In this document: positions 38,078 through 51,538 of the stretch, piece after piece
Numbering within the stretch: the stretch's first letter is position 1
Layout of the letters: every line of letters starts with the position of its first letter
Assembly (NCBI RefSeq): GCF_008831285.2
Contig: NC_045138.2
Coordinates: 14,880,001-14,944,000 of the forward strand
DNA: 64,000 nt
Direction of reading: 5' to 3'
DNA from: Nymphaea colorata
Taxonomy: Eukaryota
Made by a program: the position numbers and the translations under genes
The notes under the pieces: model-generated
What the model saw: only the letters and a program-made list of their open reading frames with translations
Databases searched by the model: none
Told to the model about the DNA's origin: nothing

Positions 38078-38270
38078 CCCCAAGAAGGGTTTGGCACATA
38101 CCTGATTGGGTTAGCGACTGGTAGGCAGCCAATTGCTGGTTCAAATCTCAAAGGCGCCAGCCCCTGGGGTTCATCGGTTCTAATGGTTTTATGCCTTGAG
38201 TGAGCAACCAAGTCTCTCGGCCCCAGTGTTGTTTCCACAGGTAAATATGGAAAATGAAAAAAAGAAACAG
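38078..38270 (+). mobile_element. tRNA-derived SINE
   Basis: A-box-like TGGCACATACCTG (~38092), B-box GGTTCAAATCT (38138-38148), A-rich tail, degenerate 16-bp TSD GTTGGTTCTCAAGCTG (38062-38077) / GTAGCTTCTCAAGTTG (38271-38286), 13/16 match. Confidence 0.75.
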
Positions 38271-38970
38271 GTAGCTTCTCAAGTTGGACAAGAACTTAAA
38301 TCCGGATCTGATGTGCCATGGACTTGCAGCCATATGCCTGGAACTCCACAGAGTTAATCAAGATTTACCAAACCAAGAATTTTATGTTAAACCTAGAGTC
38401 TGCCGATCTAGAAATTTACACTTGCCTAGTTTTAGACCAGAAAAAACTCTGATCCATGAAAAGGATAAGGAGCGGTTGGACGGCAACTGAAGATCTCAGA
38501 TATGCAGAAATTGGGGTCATAGATGAAATAGTTTGAATTTATCACATAATTGCAAAACTGTTCATTCTTCTGACAACGATTAATGGGTACATCAAATATG
38601 CAAACTGATGGTTTAATGGCAAGATGAATGCTTTTTAATGAATCCACCAATTGGGTTGACTTCTGGTTTAATGGTTTTTTGCATTCCACTTCATATTAAC
38701 ATTTCAAGTAATCAATCAAGAGAATTTACTACCCAGGAAATTTCTTCTACCCATTGTTCATCTTTATGCCTCGAATTGGATGATGGTAATTTCTTGAATA
38801 CATGTCTCAATTTGGTTGGACAAGAAGTACAGAAAACCTTCAATAATCTCTGCTCCGAGGAAGAAATATTGGAGACACTTGATTATAGTTGATCTCCACT
38901 TATATACAAATCAACCCTCGCTTTCCTTTTGCCTAAAGAGGGTGTCCTAGAAAGGATTAATAATGTCATC

Positions 38971-40206
38971 TCAGTTGGAGGGATATCCAGACAGTAAATG
39001 GTGGGGGACACATGAAGAATTCCTCCAGGTCCTGGCATTCATCTTCAGCATCTCCACTGCCTTCTCCTTCGTCTTATTGTTGCCTTCTACCTGAAGGACC
39101 AGGCACAGCTTCGAGACGGCTCCAATGTTGAGCATCTCTTGAGCGAGAGCAGGATTCGCAGAGTATCTGCAGAGCGAGTAGAGTATCCTCACTGCCCTAT
39201 CGTTGGTGGTTTGCGACACTCTCATCATCTTCCTCGAGACGACGGCGATCCCCGCGGCGTGGCCCAAGAGCTCCGCCCTTCCCTCGGCGCAGCCGCAGAG
39301 CATGTCCAGGAGCCACATCAAGATCTCGCTCATTCTCCGCTCGGTGGTCTCGATGAGCATCTCGACCAGCGCCGGGACTGCGCCGCAGTCGACCACCTTG
39401 ATCCTGTTCCTCCCCCACTTGGACGCCTCGATCAGGAGTTGCGCCGCGCACTTGGTGGCCGGCAGCGAGATCTGGTCGCGGAGGACGCGGACGATCCCGG
39501 CGAGGAGGTCGGACCGGACGTTCATCAAGAACATGGGGTGGAGGCCGTTGAAGGCGGTCTTGAGCAAAAAGCAGGCCTGCACCCTGGATTGGCAGTCGCC
39601 CTTGTCGAGCACCCACGCGAGAGACGCGATCAGGTCGACGTTGGCGGCGGCGAGGTCCTTGACTTCGTCCTCCGTGACCTCGACGGCACAGAGAAGGTTC
39701 AAGGCCTCGCGAATCACGGGGAGGCGGTCTCCGTCGGTACTGGCACCGGAACCGGAGGGCGTGGAGGGAGCGTCCTGGGTGAGGAAGTGGATGAAGGAAG
39801 CGAGGCGCTTGACGGCGCCGGCGGAGCGGATGCAGACCTTGTTGCGGTCGCTGAGGGAGGCGAGCTCCCGCAGCCTTATCAAGGATGGGAGGTCGGCTTG
39901 GTTGAGGAGGGAGAGGACGGTGGCGGCGTCGAGGGGGGGCTTCGGGGTTGGGATGCGCTCGACGCCGAGGGCGGCGTTCTCGGTGCACCAATGCTGGATG
40001 AGGCGGCGGAGGGTGTGGTTGGGGGTCATGGTGAGGTCGGAGATGGGGAGCTTGGTGACGGGGCAGGCCCTGTTCTTGTAGGAGAAGACCCACTTCTCCA
40101 TGCTCTCGCGGTCGTAGGTGATGCCGGAGGAAATGGTGACGGGGTCCCTCATGATCTGCAGGGAGATGGGGCACGTGAAGTAGGGTGGCACCTCAACGCC
40201 TTCCAT
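38971..40206 (-). CDS. PUB23: U-box/ARM-repeat E3 ubiquitin ligase, PUB22/23/24 clade (411 aa, intronless)
   Basis: VPPYFTCPISLQIMRDPVTISSGITYDRESMEKW...CPVTK...TPNHTLRRLIQ.WC U-box; GVERIPTPKPP; WGRNRIK; LCGCAEGRAELL.HAAGIAVVS; KLCLVLQV. Confidence 0.96.
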   Translation of the reverse strand: MEGVEVPPYFTCPISLQIMRDPVTISSGITYDRESMEKWVFSYKNRACPVTKLPISDLTMTPNHTLRRLIQHWCTENAALGVERIPTPKPPLDAATVLSLLNQADLPSLIRLRELASLSDRNKVCIRSAGAVKRLASFIHFLTQDAPSTPSGSGASTDGDRLPVIREALNLLCAVEVTEDEVKDLAAANVDLIASLAWVLDKGDCQSRVQACFLLKTAFNGLHPMFLMNVRSDLLAGIVRVLRDQISLPATKCAAQLLIEASKWGRNRIKVVDCGAVPALVEMLIETTERRMSEILMWLLDMLCGCAEGRAELLGHAAGIAVVSRKMMRVSQTTNDRAVRILYSLCRYSANPALAQEMLNIGAVSKLCLVLQVEGNNKTKEKAVEMLKMNARTWRNSSCVPHHLLSGYPSN

Positions 40207-40351
40207 CTCTGATCTTGAACCAGCCGATTACAGGTTTATCTTCTTCCTACTCGATCGATCGATCGCTCGCTCGCTCACTTGGAAGGTTGAGAAATCTTGA
40301 GATCTGTTGGTGGCAACAGCTAATGGAGAATGGCAGTGGAGGGCGGAGTGA

Positions 40352-40501
40352 TTTATATGGAGGAAGGAGGGTGGAAGTCAATAGCAGAGAGAGAGAGAGG
40401 GGAAAGTCAAACCAGATACGGCTTGCCCACGATGTAGCGAGGGGAGAAATCGGTAGGAAGAAGGTTTAGCCGGGCTCCAGTAGAGAGTGCTGCCTTTGAC
40501 C
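40352..40501 (-). promoter_or_regulatory. PUB promoter: TATA box plus W-box cluster
   Basis: TATAAA on the minus strand at 40352-40357; W-boxes (TTGACY) at 40376-40381, 40405-40410 and 40496-40501; more at ~40882, ~40939, ~40998. Confidence 0.6.
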
Positions 40502-42885
40502 GGCCACCATCTAGACTTTTGAATTTTCCAAATTGGCCTCCTCCGGCTCCCTCCCTTCTAGTTCTCAATCTCGCCGTCGAGTATATGAAATGGACCGGGT
40601 CGGGTTCAAAAGTTTCGGTCCTGGACCCGGCCATCACCTGTCCCATCAAAGGGACGGCGAGCGTATATAATAACACCTTTAATATTTGCTCGCATTGAAC
40701 TAGATGGTATGCTCCAAATAGGGAATTGGTATATTTAATTCAGATCCGATTATTAATATATTCAGATTCAAATTTGCAGTTTTACCGTTAATAAATGTAA
40801 GATCTGGATCGGTTTTAAAAATAAAGTCCGGATTTGAGATTCGACTCAAATTTGATAAAAAGGCTAAACCTCTTGTTTGGTGGTCAACTTTACTTCTCGG
40901 TTTTATTAATATCCAGCAGTACAAAAACATGCGAAATTGGTCAAATCCCGAAGCTGCCCTCCCAACCCTTGGAAATTTTCTATTCGAAGGGAGGCCGTTG
41001 ACTTGGACCGTCATCTCGAAGATCGCCAACTTTGGCTGGTTCGTGGCCGCTCGCTTATACTACCGTCGTTTTCACGTATCAAGAGAATTCGAATACGATT
41101 TCAAATCGCGACTTTATTATATAACCATCATTATATTTGTTTCTGTTTCTCCAATTACGTGCATCACTTTTACTTTGAAGCGTGTTTGATAGTCTCGGAT
41201 CTTACATTCGTCACAAATATGAAATTTACGTGTTTGATAGTCTTAGATAGATCTTACGTTCGTCACAAATATGAAATTCTTCGATCTGTCAAACAGGTTT
41301 TAAGTGGTCGTTTGATAGATTACTTGAATAAGTGTACCATGAATTTGCCTCAATATTTATAGCAGATTGGTTCGGTGTTCTTCATTCTAAACTTCTCCTA
41401 AAGAATTGTTTTTCAATAGGTCTTATTAGTGCAAAAAATCCTTGAAAACTTTTAGGCTTAGGTTTATGTAGACTTCGTTTTTGGGTCTGAAAGTGGACAA
41501 AACATGCCAGTATTTCATTTTGACTTATTGACTTCAGGAAAGTGGATATCGACCTGCTTTACTTTTATACGCAATGAAATGAGCTAACTTTCGAGTTTGG
41601 CATGACGGCTACTACTTAGCTCATCATGCACTAATTTATTGCATGTATCTCTTGACTTGATCTCGGCCCGTTTGAGCTCAAATTGGCCTAATAGAAAAAA
41701 GATATGATCGACTTGACCCAGTTTTTGGCACATCGAGCTGACCCGCTCAAACCACACGCACTACGAGCTCGGTCGGGCGGCCCTCGAGCGACTCAGGAGC
41801 CAAGCGCGAACCGATCAAGTTCCAAGACCACTAGAACGTTGTGAATCGCACTTGATCGCGACGCATTCTCCTTTGGTCGGACAGAGCCGTGCCTTGACCC
41901 ATGCCAAGTCCATCTTTGCGGCCGCCCTTTGAAGAACTGGCCATCTTTTTGTGTGCTCTGCTCGATACGGTTTGGATCGGACTTCTCATGCATTTCGGAG
42001 TTCTATCTTGGGTCTATTTTGCAACCCAGACAAGCAGTAAGAGTCCCTTTCTTTTTTCCGCGTCGGCGGGAACAGATCGGGTCCACATTGTCTTCCGAGA
42101 GGGACTGGATTCAGTCGTCTTCAATTAATTTAAATAAAAGTTGAATAATTCGTTTAATTTTTTTTTCAATTTTCAATGACAGAGAGGAGCTTCACCTTAT
42201 CTTCCTCTACTCGGATTCTACAGCTGCTCTGTTGCTGTTCACTCGTTTTTCCCTCAGCATTCGAATTAAATGGTTCCTTCCTTTATTTTATATTGCGAAT
42301 AAAATAATATCTAGTGCTTTTGAGCTGCTCGCACTCAGAGCAGGCCGAGGCCGTGCATGAGAGGTTGGGCGGAAACTTCGACTGGGCTGAGTCAAACTAT
42401 GTTCGTAATTTTCAATAAACAAAATACATTGGGAATTTTCAACAATAAAAGAGGAAGATGAAAACTTTTGTCTTAACCCCAGAATCTTTTGTCAATGCAA
42501 ATCCCAACCCACAGTTCTGAAATCCGTTATCCGTTTTTTTGCTTCAACAGTGGGTGAGATTTATGTAACGTGGATTTGTGATCAGTCTCGAACCTCAAAT
42601 CCAATGATATCAAACATAGCTTAAGTGAAGAACTTAGAAAACAACTCTATAAATTAATTAAATGATTTTGCAACAAACCAGGCGACGCAGAAAAAAGGTC
42701 AACTAATTTTTAATTGTTTAAAAGGTTAATGCTGTTGGATACGACCCGCCTTCCTCTCGGTTGTTTGGATTTGGAATTTTAAATTATGTCATTAAAATGT
42801 AAGAAACTAGACTATTATACCTTGTTCCTTCTCTTTTCATCTCACCGGAACAATGTATGATGGAACGATGACAGCTTCATATTGA

Positions 42886-42931
<46 letters not shown>

Positions 42932-44294
42932 TCAGTGAGCTTACGGCTTTAAATTTAAAAATAGCATCTGATTAAAAAATCAGATCAAATTTGAATTTAG
43001 AAAGTAACATACGATGGCATCCACATTTGGTCTTCTGTTCGACCTAAAATTTGGAGATGAAGTCGGGTTCAGTTTCAAATAAATATTATATATCCAACGT
43101 CTATATATTGTGAAAGTTGGATATTAACCTAACATAATGCAACTTGGATTTGATTGTACATATAAAATGTTCAGATCTGAACATAAAGTCAGATTCAGGC
43201 TATAGATTTTAATTTTTTTTTTTTATGTACTTTCTTCACTTGTATCCAAATGCAATTTTGAATTACATTATGAGAACCTCAGTTATGGTAAATGTTACAT
43301 TCTATTTCAATCGGATCCACTGACATCACTAATAAAAAATGTGTCAGCATCCCAATCAAGAATGAGGTGCACCAATATTGCAACCAAGAATTCTGAAAGC
43401 AGTATCACTCCGCGGTTGAAAAGAAAAAAAAACTTCCATCCTTTTATGAAACTTTGCTTGTGCAATTACTAGCGGAGCCAAAAGTTTTTTTTTTATGAGA
43501 GCATTCATTCAATACCTTTAATTTCTTTAGGGCACTTACATGTATAAGAATCAAATATATCAAAACATTAACATATATATTAAGCTAATTTTGTGAGGCT
43601 GGCCGACACCAGCCACCTTGTAGTTATGCCTCTTTATTGGTTCGCGTTACGCGGATTAAGCTGTTTCTCTTTCAACTGAATTGACAGTTAATTGGCCCTG
43701 GAGCATCTCTACAGCCAAAGAATTCACAGTCAGTTTCATGGCTGAGCGAGCGTCCTGTGGATGAGGATGAAGCAAATGGAGTCCAATTAGGCGGCCGGGC
43801 TCGCTCGATCTGGATTCATTGAGTCTGACTTTTCTGTCGATGACTGGAGTCTCTGCTTACTGTCCGGTCAACGCTGGGTGTACTTGGCCGGCAAAATTTT
43901 AATCCGTTGGTTTATGATCAGCAACAAAGAAAGAAAGAAGGTCGCTGGTGTCTTTTGATAAATGCTTTGGGCCAGGAGTCGCAACCGCTTTCAGTCGTCG
44001 TCAACTTCTTATTTGTTTATTTATAGATTTATGAATTGGAGTTCGTCAACCGTCATTGGGTGGGCATGGGCTTCTGCTTCCGCATGCCTTCCATTACTCG
44101 GTTTTGCTGTGCCCTCATTTATGTAGTTGAGCTCGCATTTATTTTTCCTCCCAATAATTGTATATTTCAATTCCCAAAAAAGGAAAAAAAAAAAAAAGAC
44201 TAAGATCTTTTCTTGAAAACACCAATGTATCGTAGATAATACAAGAATAAATAAATAATGTAATTTCATTATTTTCATGCTAAGAATTAATACT

Positions 44295-44528
44295 GGCCAC
44301 TGAACATTTAGATGCTAGTCAGATAAAATGTATAATGAACAAGCTCATCCCTAAATTTTTTTAATAGATAAATAGTTGATAGAAAAGCATGGACAAAAAG
44401 ATAATGAGGCAGAGACATTTTGCCTCATCACCATTTTCTATTTGTTTTCTTCGCTTCATTATTGATGTTTAAAAAAATCAAGGACTGATGTTGTTTCTCA
44501 TTGATTTATAATGTAAATGTCTAGTGCC
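44295..44528. mobile_element. MITE-like fold-back element next to a (TA)n run
   Basis: Imperfect inverted termini GGCCACTGAACATTTAGAT / ATGTAAATGTCTAGTGCC. Confidence 0.45.
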
Positions 44529-44560
<32 letters not shown>

Positions 44561-47500
44561 AAGAGAGAGAGAGAGAGAAGTCCTAAACCTCGCACCAGGT
44601 CAAGGATAAAAACCAAACTGTTTAAATGCAATGATTAATGTGTGTGCATGTGTGTGTATTTTTTGTGTGAAAAATAAGTTGATGGGAAACATATATGAAG
44701 TTAAGTTAATTATTTTTCGAATTTAAGTTAATTATCTTTTCAATTTAGTGGTATCCTAATAAGATGAAAAATGAGACGACTTATATAATATCAAACTTTT
44801 CATCATGGTGACATCCTTTTTTTTTTCGTAGAAATAACTAAAACCAAAGTATGCTTGATAAAATTAATTTTTTATAAAACATACTAAGATGTTTTTATTT
44901 TGTTTAAAATATATTTTTAGCAAAACTTTAAAGGGTCCGGTTCTAAAGAAGAAGAAAGAGAGAGAGAGAGAGAAGGAAACAAATCAAATCAGTTCTGTTG
45001 AACTAGATGGAGCGCGTTCTTCCTTTAAGAGTGAGAGTTATAAAATCGGATAATTTTTGTTATTTTCAGTTCCCATGTTAGGTATGAGTTTAGATCCAAA
45101 ATCAGGTAAAGGTATAAAGGTCCAGGTTCTGATCTGAGAAGGTTCAGATTAGCTTATGAACCCGAACCCGAACCCAATCAGGTGGGAACCCAATAAAGCC
45201 GGACCGGAGCGGGTCCAAGAAACCGCTTCAGGTGGCTTTTTGAAACGCTGGAGAAAAGTGTGCCTCCACAAGGAAAACGTGAGAAAAATAACATATGCCA
45301 AAAGGGGTCTTCGAAATCTCACGGTAACATCAACTTCAAAGAAGCGTGGACTTTGTTTTTCGAAAGAAGTGGGAGTTTCTATGTTTTCCGCCTCACCTTC
45401 CACCTAAAACTTAAAAAAGCCATCCGCTTTTTTGTAATTTATTTCATGAAAGTTGCTTTTTCCACCAAATCATAAATAAAATAGTAACAATTAATGTAAT
45501 CTAGCTGACGTTTTCTGTGTAAAAAGTCAAAGAAAGATCACTTCAATTCTTTATTCGATACTTTTTTTGAAAAGTACAGAAAATTACGAAAATTGATAGT
45601 TTTTGCATGAGTAAATGGAAAATTGAAGCCCCAAAATGAAAATATGACAAAGAACATGAACCCGCATCGACAAAGGAAACGTGGGCTCCCGATCTCCTTT
45701 GGGTTAAAACTGGGGTTGTAGTTCATCAGTTTATGGATGCAACTTGATATTGGATTGGAATCTGAGCCCAAGTGGTTGGATCCCATAAGAAAATTTGGTT
45801 CAAGTAATTTGTTGGGCACACCTAAGGAATACGATTTTTTTCTTGTCCGATCCAATGGATATCTGATTTTCAAGAATTTCAGGATTCATTGGCATCCTTT
45901 CAGCCAAAAATTTAATATGTTGAACAAGAAAATTGAATACTTGAATGGAGATACATAGATATAGATTAATAGGTCGCTCTGATATTGTTTAAACTCGATT
46001 CCGATCAAATTTCTCAATAAAAACAATACCCAACCTTTTTTTTCATATCTAATCTTCTTTTTGAGGTGATTAAGTCGAACATGAAATCTAAATGGGATTT
46101 ATTGACATCTCCACATGAATCTCCACAACTTTTGACTATGAGGAGGCCTTCCCTCTGCCCCACCTCAGGCCTCTTTTCCACTAATGTCTTCAGTTACGCT
46201 AGAAAGTGTGAGGAGGCTACTCGCAGACCTAAAATCACCACAGATGACCTGAGAATTCCATGGCTTGGTCTGAGCCACAATCTAAATGTGTGGATTGGCG
46301 AATGTCTCTTTTGTGTTACTGTTGATTGCCGTCGTCTAGTGCGTTGGTGAGAGAATCCAATACGTTCTAAGTTGGAATTGGAAGAGTTTCAATCTGAGGG
46401 ATTGTTTGAGGGACCGGATGGAAGTTGACCCAACCGAGATTTTCATAGAAGAACGTTTTAATGCTTTTGAGGAAGATCCGATCCATTGTTGCTTCTAACG
46501 ATTGATTGAGTTCATTATACGCGACTAAAGCAGCTTCTCGTGGATGCTATTCATCTAAACTGTGAAAGGCATGATCGTGACACTCTAGTTGATGAGTCTA
46601 CCATATTCCACCTAAATCTCACGTAATTTAGGACCCAAGAAGTACCGACTTCACAAGCTCTGCGATTGGTTTACGGTTCGTTCATGCAATTTCATCATCG
46701 ATTCTCTTCTGGTTAGGAAGGTTCAACTTAAGAGTTTGATGCCCCAAGCATGTCTTTTGGCATAGTCCAGCAAAAGATTTTCTCCCAGAGCACTTACACC
46801 TATGTCTTTGGTTATAGTAGTGTTGCAAACGGATGCTTATGCATATAATCAACATGATTTATTTAATGAAATGATATGTTATGTAATGCAATTGTTTGAA
46901 CAGATGAATAAGAATTTCCAATTTTTAAACTTGGCATGTTGCGGCTCCCTTAAGTGTTTAAGTTATTGAGGTACTCAGGTTTGCGCTAAACTTACATGAT
47001 CAATAACTTACTTTATACTAAAAAAGGGTTTGCTTATTACATTTCTAGGTTGGATGAATTCCATATCACCCTTAGAAAACAAACTTTTTTCAAGTGGATG
47101 TAGGTGCTTCGATGAGCTAGCACCCAACCATCTCTCTCTCTTTTCCTCTCATACTCATTTGTTTCATCCATTGAGGGGTATTTTGATATCTTGAAAATAT
47201 AAATGGCTTTCCATTTTTTAACTTAATCTCCACTACTGGATCCCCCTGAAATCAATAGTATAAAGAAATCCCATCTCATCTGGCATATGATATGAGGGTC
47301 CGGTCCGTAGCTACTTGTTTTGCAAGAAATTATGACTGCAATTTTCTCGTTGAAAGTTTCCTTGTGGATAAGTTCTCATTACTTATATATATATATATAT
47401 ATATATATATCTCCATCCCCTTATGGTTTCTTTATTTTCAAATAATATTTTTAAGTAGTGCCCCTTCGGATACAAAAATCTATGAAGGATGCCCCTTTAG

Positions 47501-48662
47501 AAAATTTTTTTGGCTCCACCACTTATACGAACCCTAAAATATAATTGCATATGGTTTGTTGCAAGAAATTATGACTGCATTTTTCTCATTGAAAAGTTTG
47601 CACATTGATTCACTTTTCTGCAAGATCCAAAAGTGTATCAGCTGCTATGATGTTTAACTTAACAATTTGGCGTTTGTATATACATAAATGAATGGTGGCT
47701 CTAGCTATGCAGAGCCGCTAAGCTCACTCATGATGGTCTTCAAAGCTATTGTGATGGATGGTTGAAAGAGAGACAAGGAGAAAAATGTATACAGACAACA
47801 CACACGCATGCACACACACACACAGAAAGAGAGAGAGAGAGAGAGAGATTTTTCTTTAGCTGAAAATACATTTCACAGACTAAAATAATCATGCTGTTCA
47901 ACAGGTTGCTACCATGCATGATAAACGCAAAATGCTGTGTTCATGTTTTATAGCCAAGCTGGTATGTATACCTCGAAATTATTATATGCAATCGGTTCAA
48001 CAAGCAATAACCTTATAATAAATGTGATCATGATCACAGAATCTCTTTATGAATAGCTTTCAAATCAATAATGTAGTTCTGCTTTAACCACCTCTCCAAC
48101 CACATCGTTGACAAACGAAATAAATTACAAACAAATCAACCTTGAATGAGGACAATAAATGACCGATTTAAGTGATCACATGATTTAGATAAGCTGGATG
48201 AATAAATGAATAATAAGGCCAATGCCCTTCCCATCTTGAACTGAAGAAACAATGAGCTACCAATACACAAATATATTATCGAAGCATGATTGCTGCTTTA
48301 AGATCACAGTGTCTTCAATTTCTTGATGAATAAACTATCTCCAATCAAGAAACAAAATAGTATACATTCCTTAATGACATAAAATATATCACCTACATAG
48401 ACCCCGATATTGTACACATCCATCCTATTTTTCAAGTTTTACACTAAACTACTAAAATTTTCCCTTCATCCCGAAAAAGGAAAAGCATTAACTTACAAGG
48501 CTAATATGGTTGAGGATGTGAAGCTACAACTATCTGTATAAGTATGACTGCAGCCAAATGGCATTTGGGCTCTAAAATCTTCACCTAACTATCTCTTCTA
48601 TTGCTAATCTGATGTTCTGTCATTGGAAATGTTTCTATGGGGAACAGAACTTTGATAGATTC

Positions 48663-49556
48663 TCAAATAACAAAGTCTGGTAACAGTTGAGCAGCAAATC
48701 GCTTCCTGCCTTGCATGGTGATGGTGTCATAGGCATTGCCTGGGTGACTTGCAGCTGCTGCTGCACTAGGGTTCTGAATGCAGAAACCATTTGAAGATTC
48801 ACTCCCCAAATCATGCCTCCTCCCCATTGCCATGGTTGGGCTAGAGAGACAGGCATGCTGTGAACCAGACAGAGACAGTGAATCACAATGAGGAAGGCCT
48901 AAAGTGAGGGAGACCCCACTTCCTCTAGGTGCAAAAGAATCATGGCTGTATCTCCCAATATCACCCATTTGGTAAGAACCATAACTTCCTCCATTTTCAG
49001 TTGCTGCTGCAGCAGCGGCAGCAACTGCTGCTGCAAGGTCATAGCCTTGCCGATTGACGAATCCTCCTGCGTTTGGTGCCTCTGCAGTGATGCTGGTGTT
49101 GGTGTTCACAGATGGAAGTGGACTTAAGTTATGGAAACCGTTGTTTCTGATCTTTTTTGGTGTGAATTGGTTGAGAGAATCATTGTCAAGGATGCTTGGT
49201 GCATGATCAGATGAGGAGGGGGACATAATGAGGCCAAGCCCGGTCAGGTTTCTAAGGTTTCCGAGGCTTGAGATGGCAGTAGTTGCTGTGGAAAGGGATG
49301 GTGGTGAAGATCTTTTCCCAGTTGTCTCTTCGTTTTGGCTTTTGGTGCTCTTGTTGATGGCTTGAGTTGCAGCGGGAGGGCTCTCTGTCTCTGCAGGGTT
49401 CATTTCAGCTGAGTCCTCGTTGGCCTCTGCACTCTTGCTTGGTTTAATTTCCTCCGACTTGCCCTCGTTTTCTTGCTCCTTTATCTCTTCCATGTACATC
49501 TCTTCAACCATTGGCTTCCACAGCCTAACTCGTGCATTTATGAACCAGTTTGACAC
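48663..49556 (-). CDS. BLH1: BEL1-like homeodomain protein, last exon (homeodomain helix 3, VSLTLGL box)
   Basis: GCAG acceptor; [33 protein letters not shown]-terminal [13 protein letters not shown] typical of the BLH1 clade. Confidence 0.95.
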   Translation of the reverse strand: MSNWFINARVRLWKPMVEEMYMEEIKEQENEGKSEEIKPSKSAEANEDSAEMNPAETESPPAATQAINKSTKSQNEETTGKRSSPPSLSTATTAISSLGNLRNLTGLGLIMSPSSSDHAPSILDNDSLNQFTPKKIRNNGFHNLSPLPSVNTNTSITAEAPNAGGFVNRQGYDLAAAVAAAAAAATENGGSYGSYQMGDIGRYSHDSFAPRGSGVSLTLGLPHCDSLSLSGSQHACLSSPTMAMGRRHDLGSESSNGFCIQNPSAAAAASHPGNAYDTITMQGRKRFAAQLLPDFVI

Positions 49557-50593
49557 CTGCATTCATGAAAACATCCACGGAAGAAAAAGGGTTCTCAAGA
49601 AAGGTTCTCAAGTAAGCATTCATTTATAGCACCATGTAAAGTGACAAGGGGTCAGAATAACTGGAGAAGGATCCAGGAAGCAGACGTAAATGGGTGGTGA
49701 GAAGTTTAAATAAACCTCTTTATGCCCCTTGCAGGGCAGAGCATGCCTGCCCCCTGTAAAATTAATGAGTAGTTTGGCAGTAGGGATACTTTGTGAGTGT
49801 CCCATTAGTTTATCTCAAAAATTGGAATTGATTCTTGAAATAATAGTTATATATTAGTATTTTATAAACCTGCCAAAATATTTAGAGCAAATTCATGGGA
49901 TACTCTCAAGTGAGCCAAGCTAGAGCTCATGGGCATCCTGAGTACATAGGCTGGGCTGGCTCTTAATAGAGTTTAGTTTGAATCCATCGGCCAAGCTCCA
50001 TCCCATCCCGGTGTTTATACAAATAGAGTTTAATTCCCAAGCCATTATTTGGAAGTCTAGCATTTGGACCCCTACAACTCATTGTTATAGAGCTGCGGCC
50101 GTTGGATTCCTATTCCTAACCAATAATTGGAAGCCAAGTATTCTGAGCTCTAGGTTTCATTAAGAAGATAGTTTTATCATTAATGAAGCTCAGCACAAAT
50201 GGTCTCTTGTCCAGTTCAGGTTGCGAAGGCTATTCTCCAAGTTCAGAAAATGCAATTCATTAAAGTTTATAGGAGTTCTTGTCCCCTATCCCATAAGCAA
50301 TATTCCGGAGGCACCTCGGAATTGATCATACTAAAAATCACCACCTACAATGATTTCCAATCATTGTTGAACTGAGTCTCAAATCTCTGCAGATGGTTTT
50401 GAAATTGGGAACAGACATGGATCGACCCTCCATCCCCCAGGATGGATGGTGAGCAACCGAAAATTACCTCCACTAATGGTGTTCTTCGTTATCATCTGAC
50501 TCTCATTTATAGAGAAAAAAAACACAACTCGCTGACCATGTTTCTGGACACTACCTGGCACACAGAGGGGGAGAGAGAGAGAGAGAGAGTCAC

Positions 50594-50654
50594 CTGACTT
50601 CTAGTTAGGCCTGTTTGTTTGGCAAGCATCACCTTGTCTGCATCTTTAGGGTAT
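50594..50654 (-). CDS. BLH1: BEL1-like homeodomain protein, 61-bp homeodomain exon
   Basis: CAG acceptor, CAG|GTGAC donor; (P)YPKDADKVMLAKQTGLTRSQ; supplies the PYP TALE loop. Confidence 0.95.
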
Positions 50655-51158
50655 CTGCTCCCCACAAATCGAACAAAAAAAAAAAAAAAGAGGAGGAGAC
50701 AGTCAGCTGGCTGATGATTAACAGATTAAGTTAGTACCAGGTGACCTTTAGGGTAACTTCATGAATATTCAAGAAATGCTACTAGTCACGAGAAAATGTT
50801 AGAGAGAGAGAGAGAGAGAGAGGAAGGGAGAGGATAAAGACCTATTATATTAGTCCGGGAGTTCCTAAAAGAAACTCTTGTACACCCTTCTTTTTATTGC
50901 CTAAAGTGCCTATATACGTCCATGGTTACGCTCTTAAGAGACTCTATATGTAAGAACTGACACACACTTATGCATCCTTAGATTTAACCTGCAACTCTCT
51001 TATAATTAACCATATCAACATACGCCTACTTTCTAACTACAAATAGATAGTGTATATGCATGTTGTGTGCGTGCGCGCATGCGTATCCACTTGAACGTGC
51101 ATGCATGCAAGCGTGCCTGTATGCAGTTCTGTGTCTCGAAAAGAACGAAGGGGCTTAC

Positions 51159-51538
51159 GGGTGAAGGAAGTGTTCAAAGAGCCAAGCCCTAAGCACCGAG
51201 ACTGATCTTTCCGGAAGTCCCCTCTGCGGCCTCCAGGCATTGTTCTGCACCATGCCCAGCTGCTGAAATGCCCTCTGCTGCCTCAGCTGGTGATCGATGT
51301 ACCTAAGCCTCGAGACATCGGCCTTGCCGCTGCCGCCGAGTCCGTCTTCTTCTCCCAAGCTCCTGTTTGTTAGCCTGATCTGCCCGGAAATGGCGTCACG
51401 CAGGCACCTGAACTGCTTGGAGATGGTCTGCAGGGCGAGGGCAGTGTAAGCCCTCGCGGCGCCAGCACCGGCTGCAGCCTCAAAGGATGAGACCACCACC
51501 TGCATTTGATGGCGGTACTGTTTGTACCTCTGGTCCAC
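51159..51538 (-). CDS. BLH1: BEL1-like homeodomain protein exon (BELL domain and homeodomain start)
   Basis: [20 protein letters not shown]...[20 protein letters not shown]...[33 protein letters not shown] donor. Confidence 0.96.

Noticed and set aside
39139..40212. Long overlapping ORFs (357 aa and 292 aa antisense, 325 aa alternate frame) over the PUB gene
   Set aside because: Expected shadows of a very GC-rich coding sequence where stop codons are rare; low-complexity products; they end where GC content falls.
42177..42245. TGACAGAGAGGAGC..., superficially miR156-like
   Set aside because: Too many differences from miR156 and only poor pairing with the downstream segment.
48000..48662. 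BLH1 3'UTR as a StBEL5-like mobile-RNA (PTB-binding) element
   Set aside because: U-rich but no evident CU-repeat cluster; mobility cannot be inferred from sequence.
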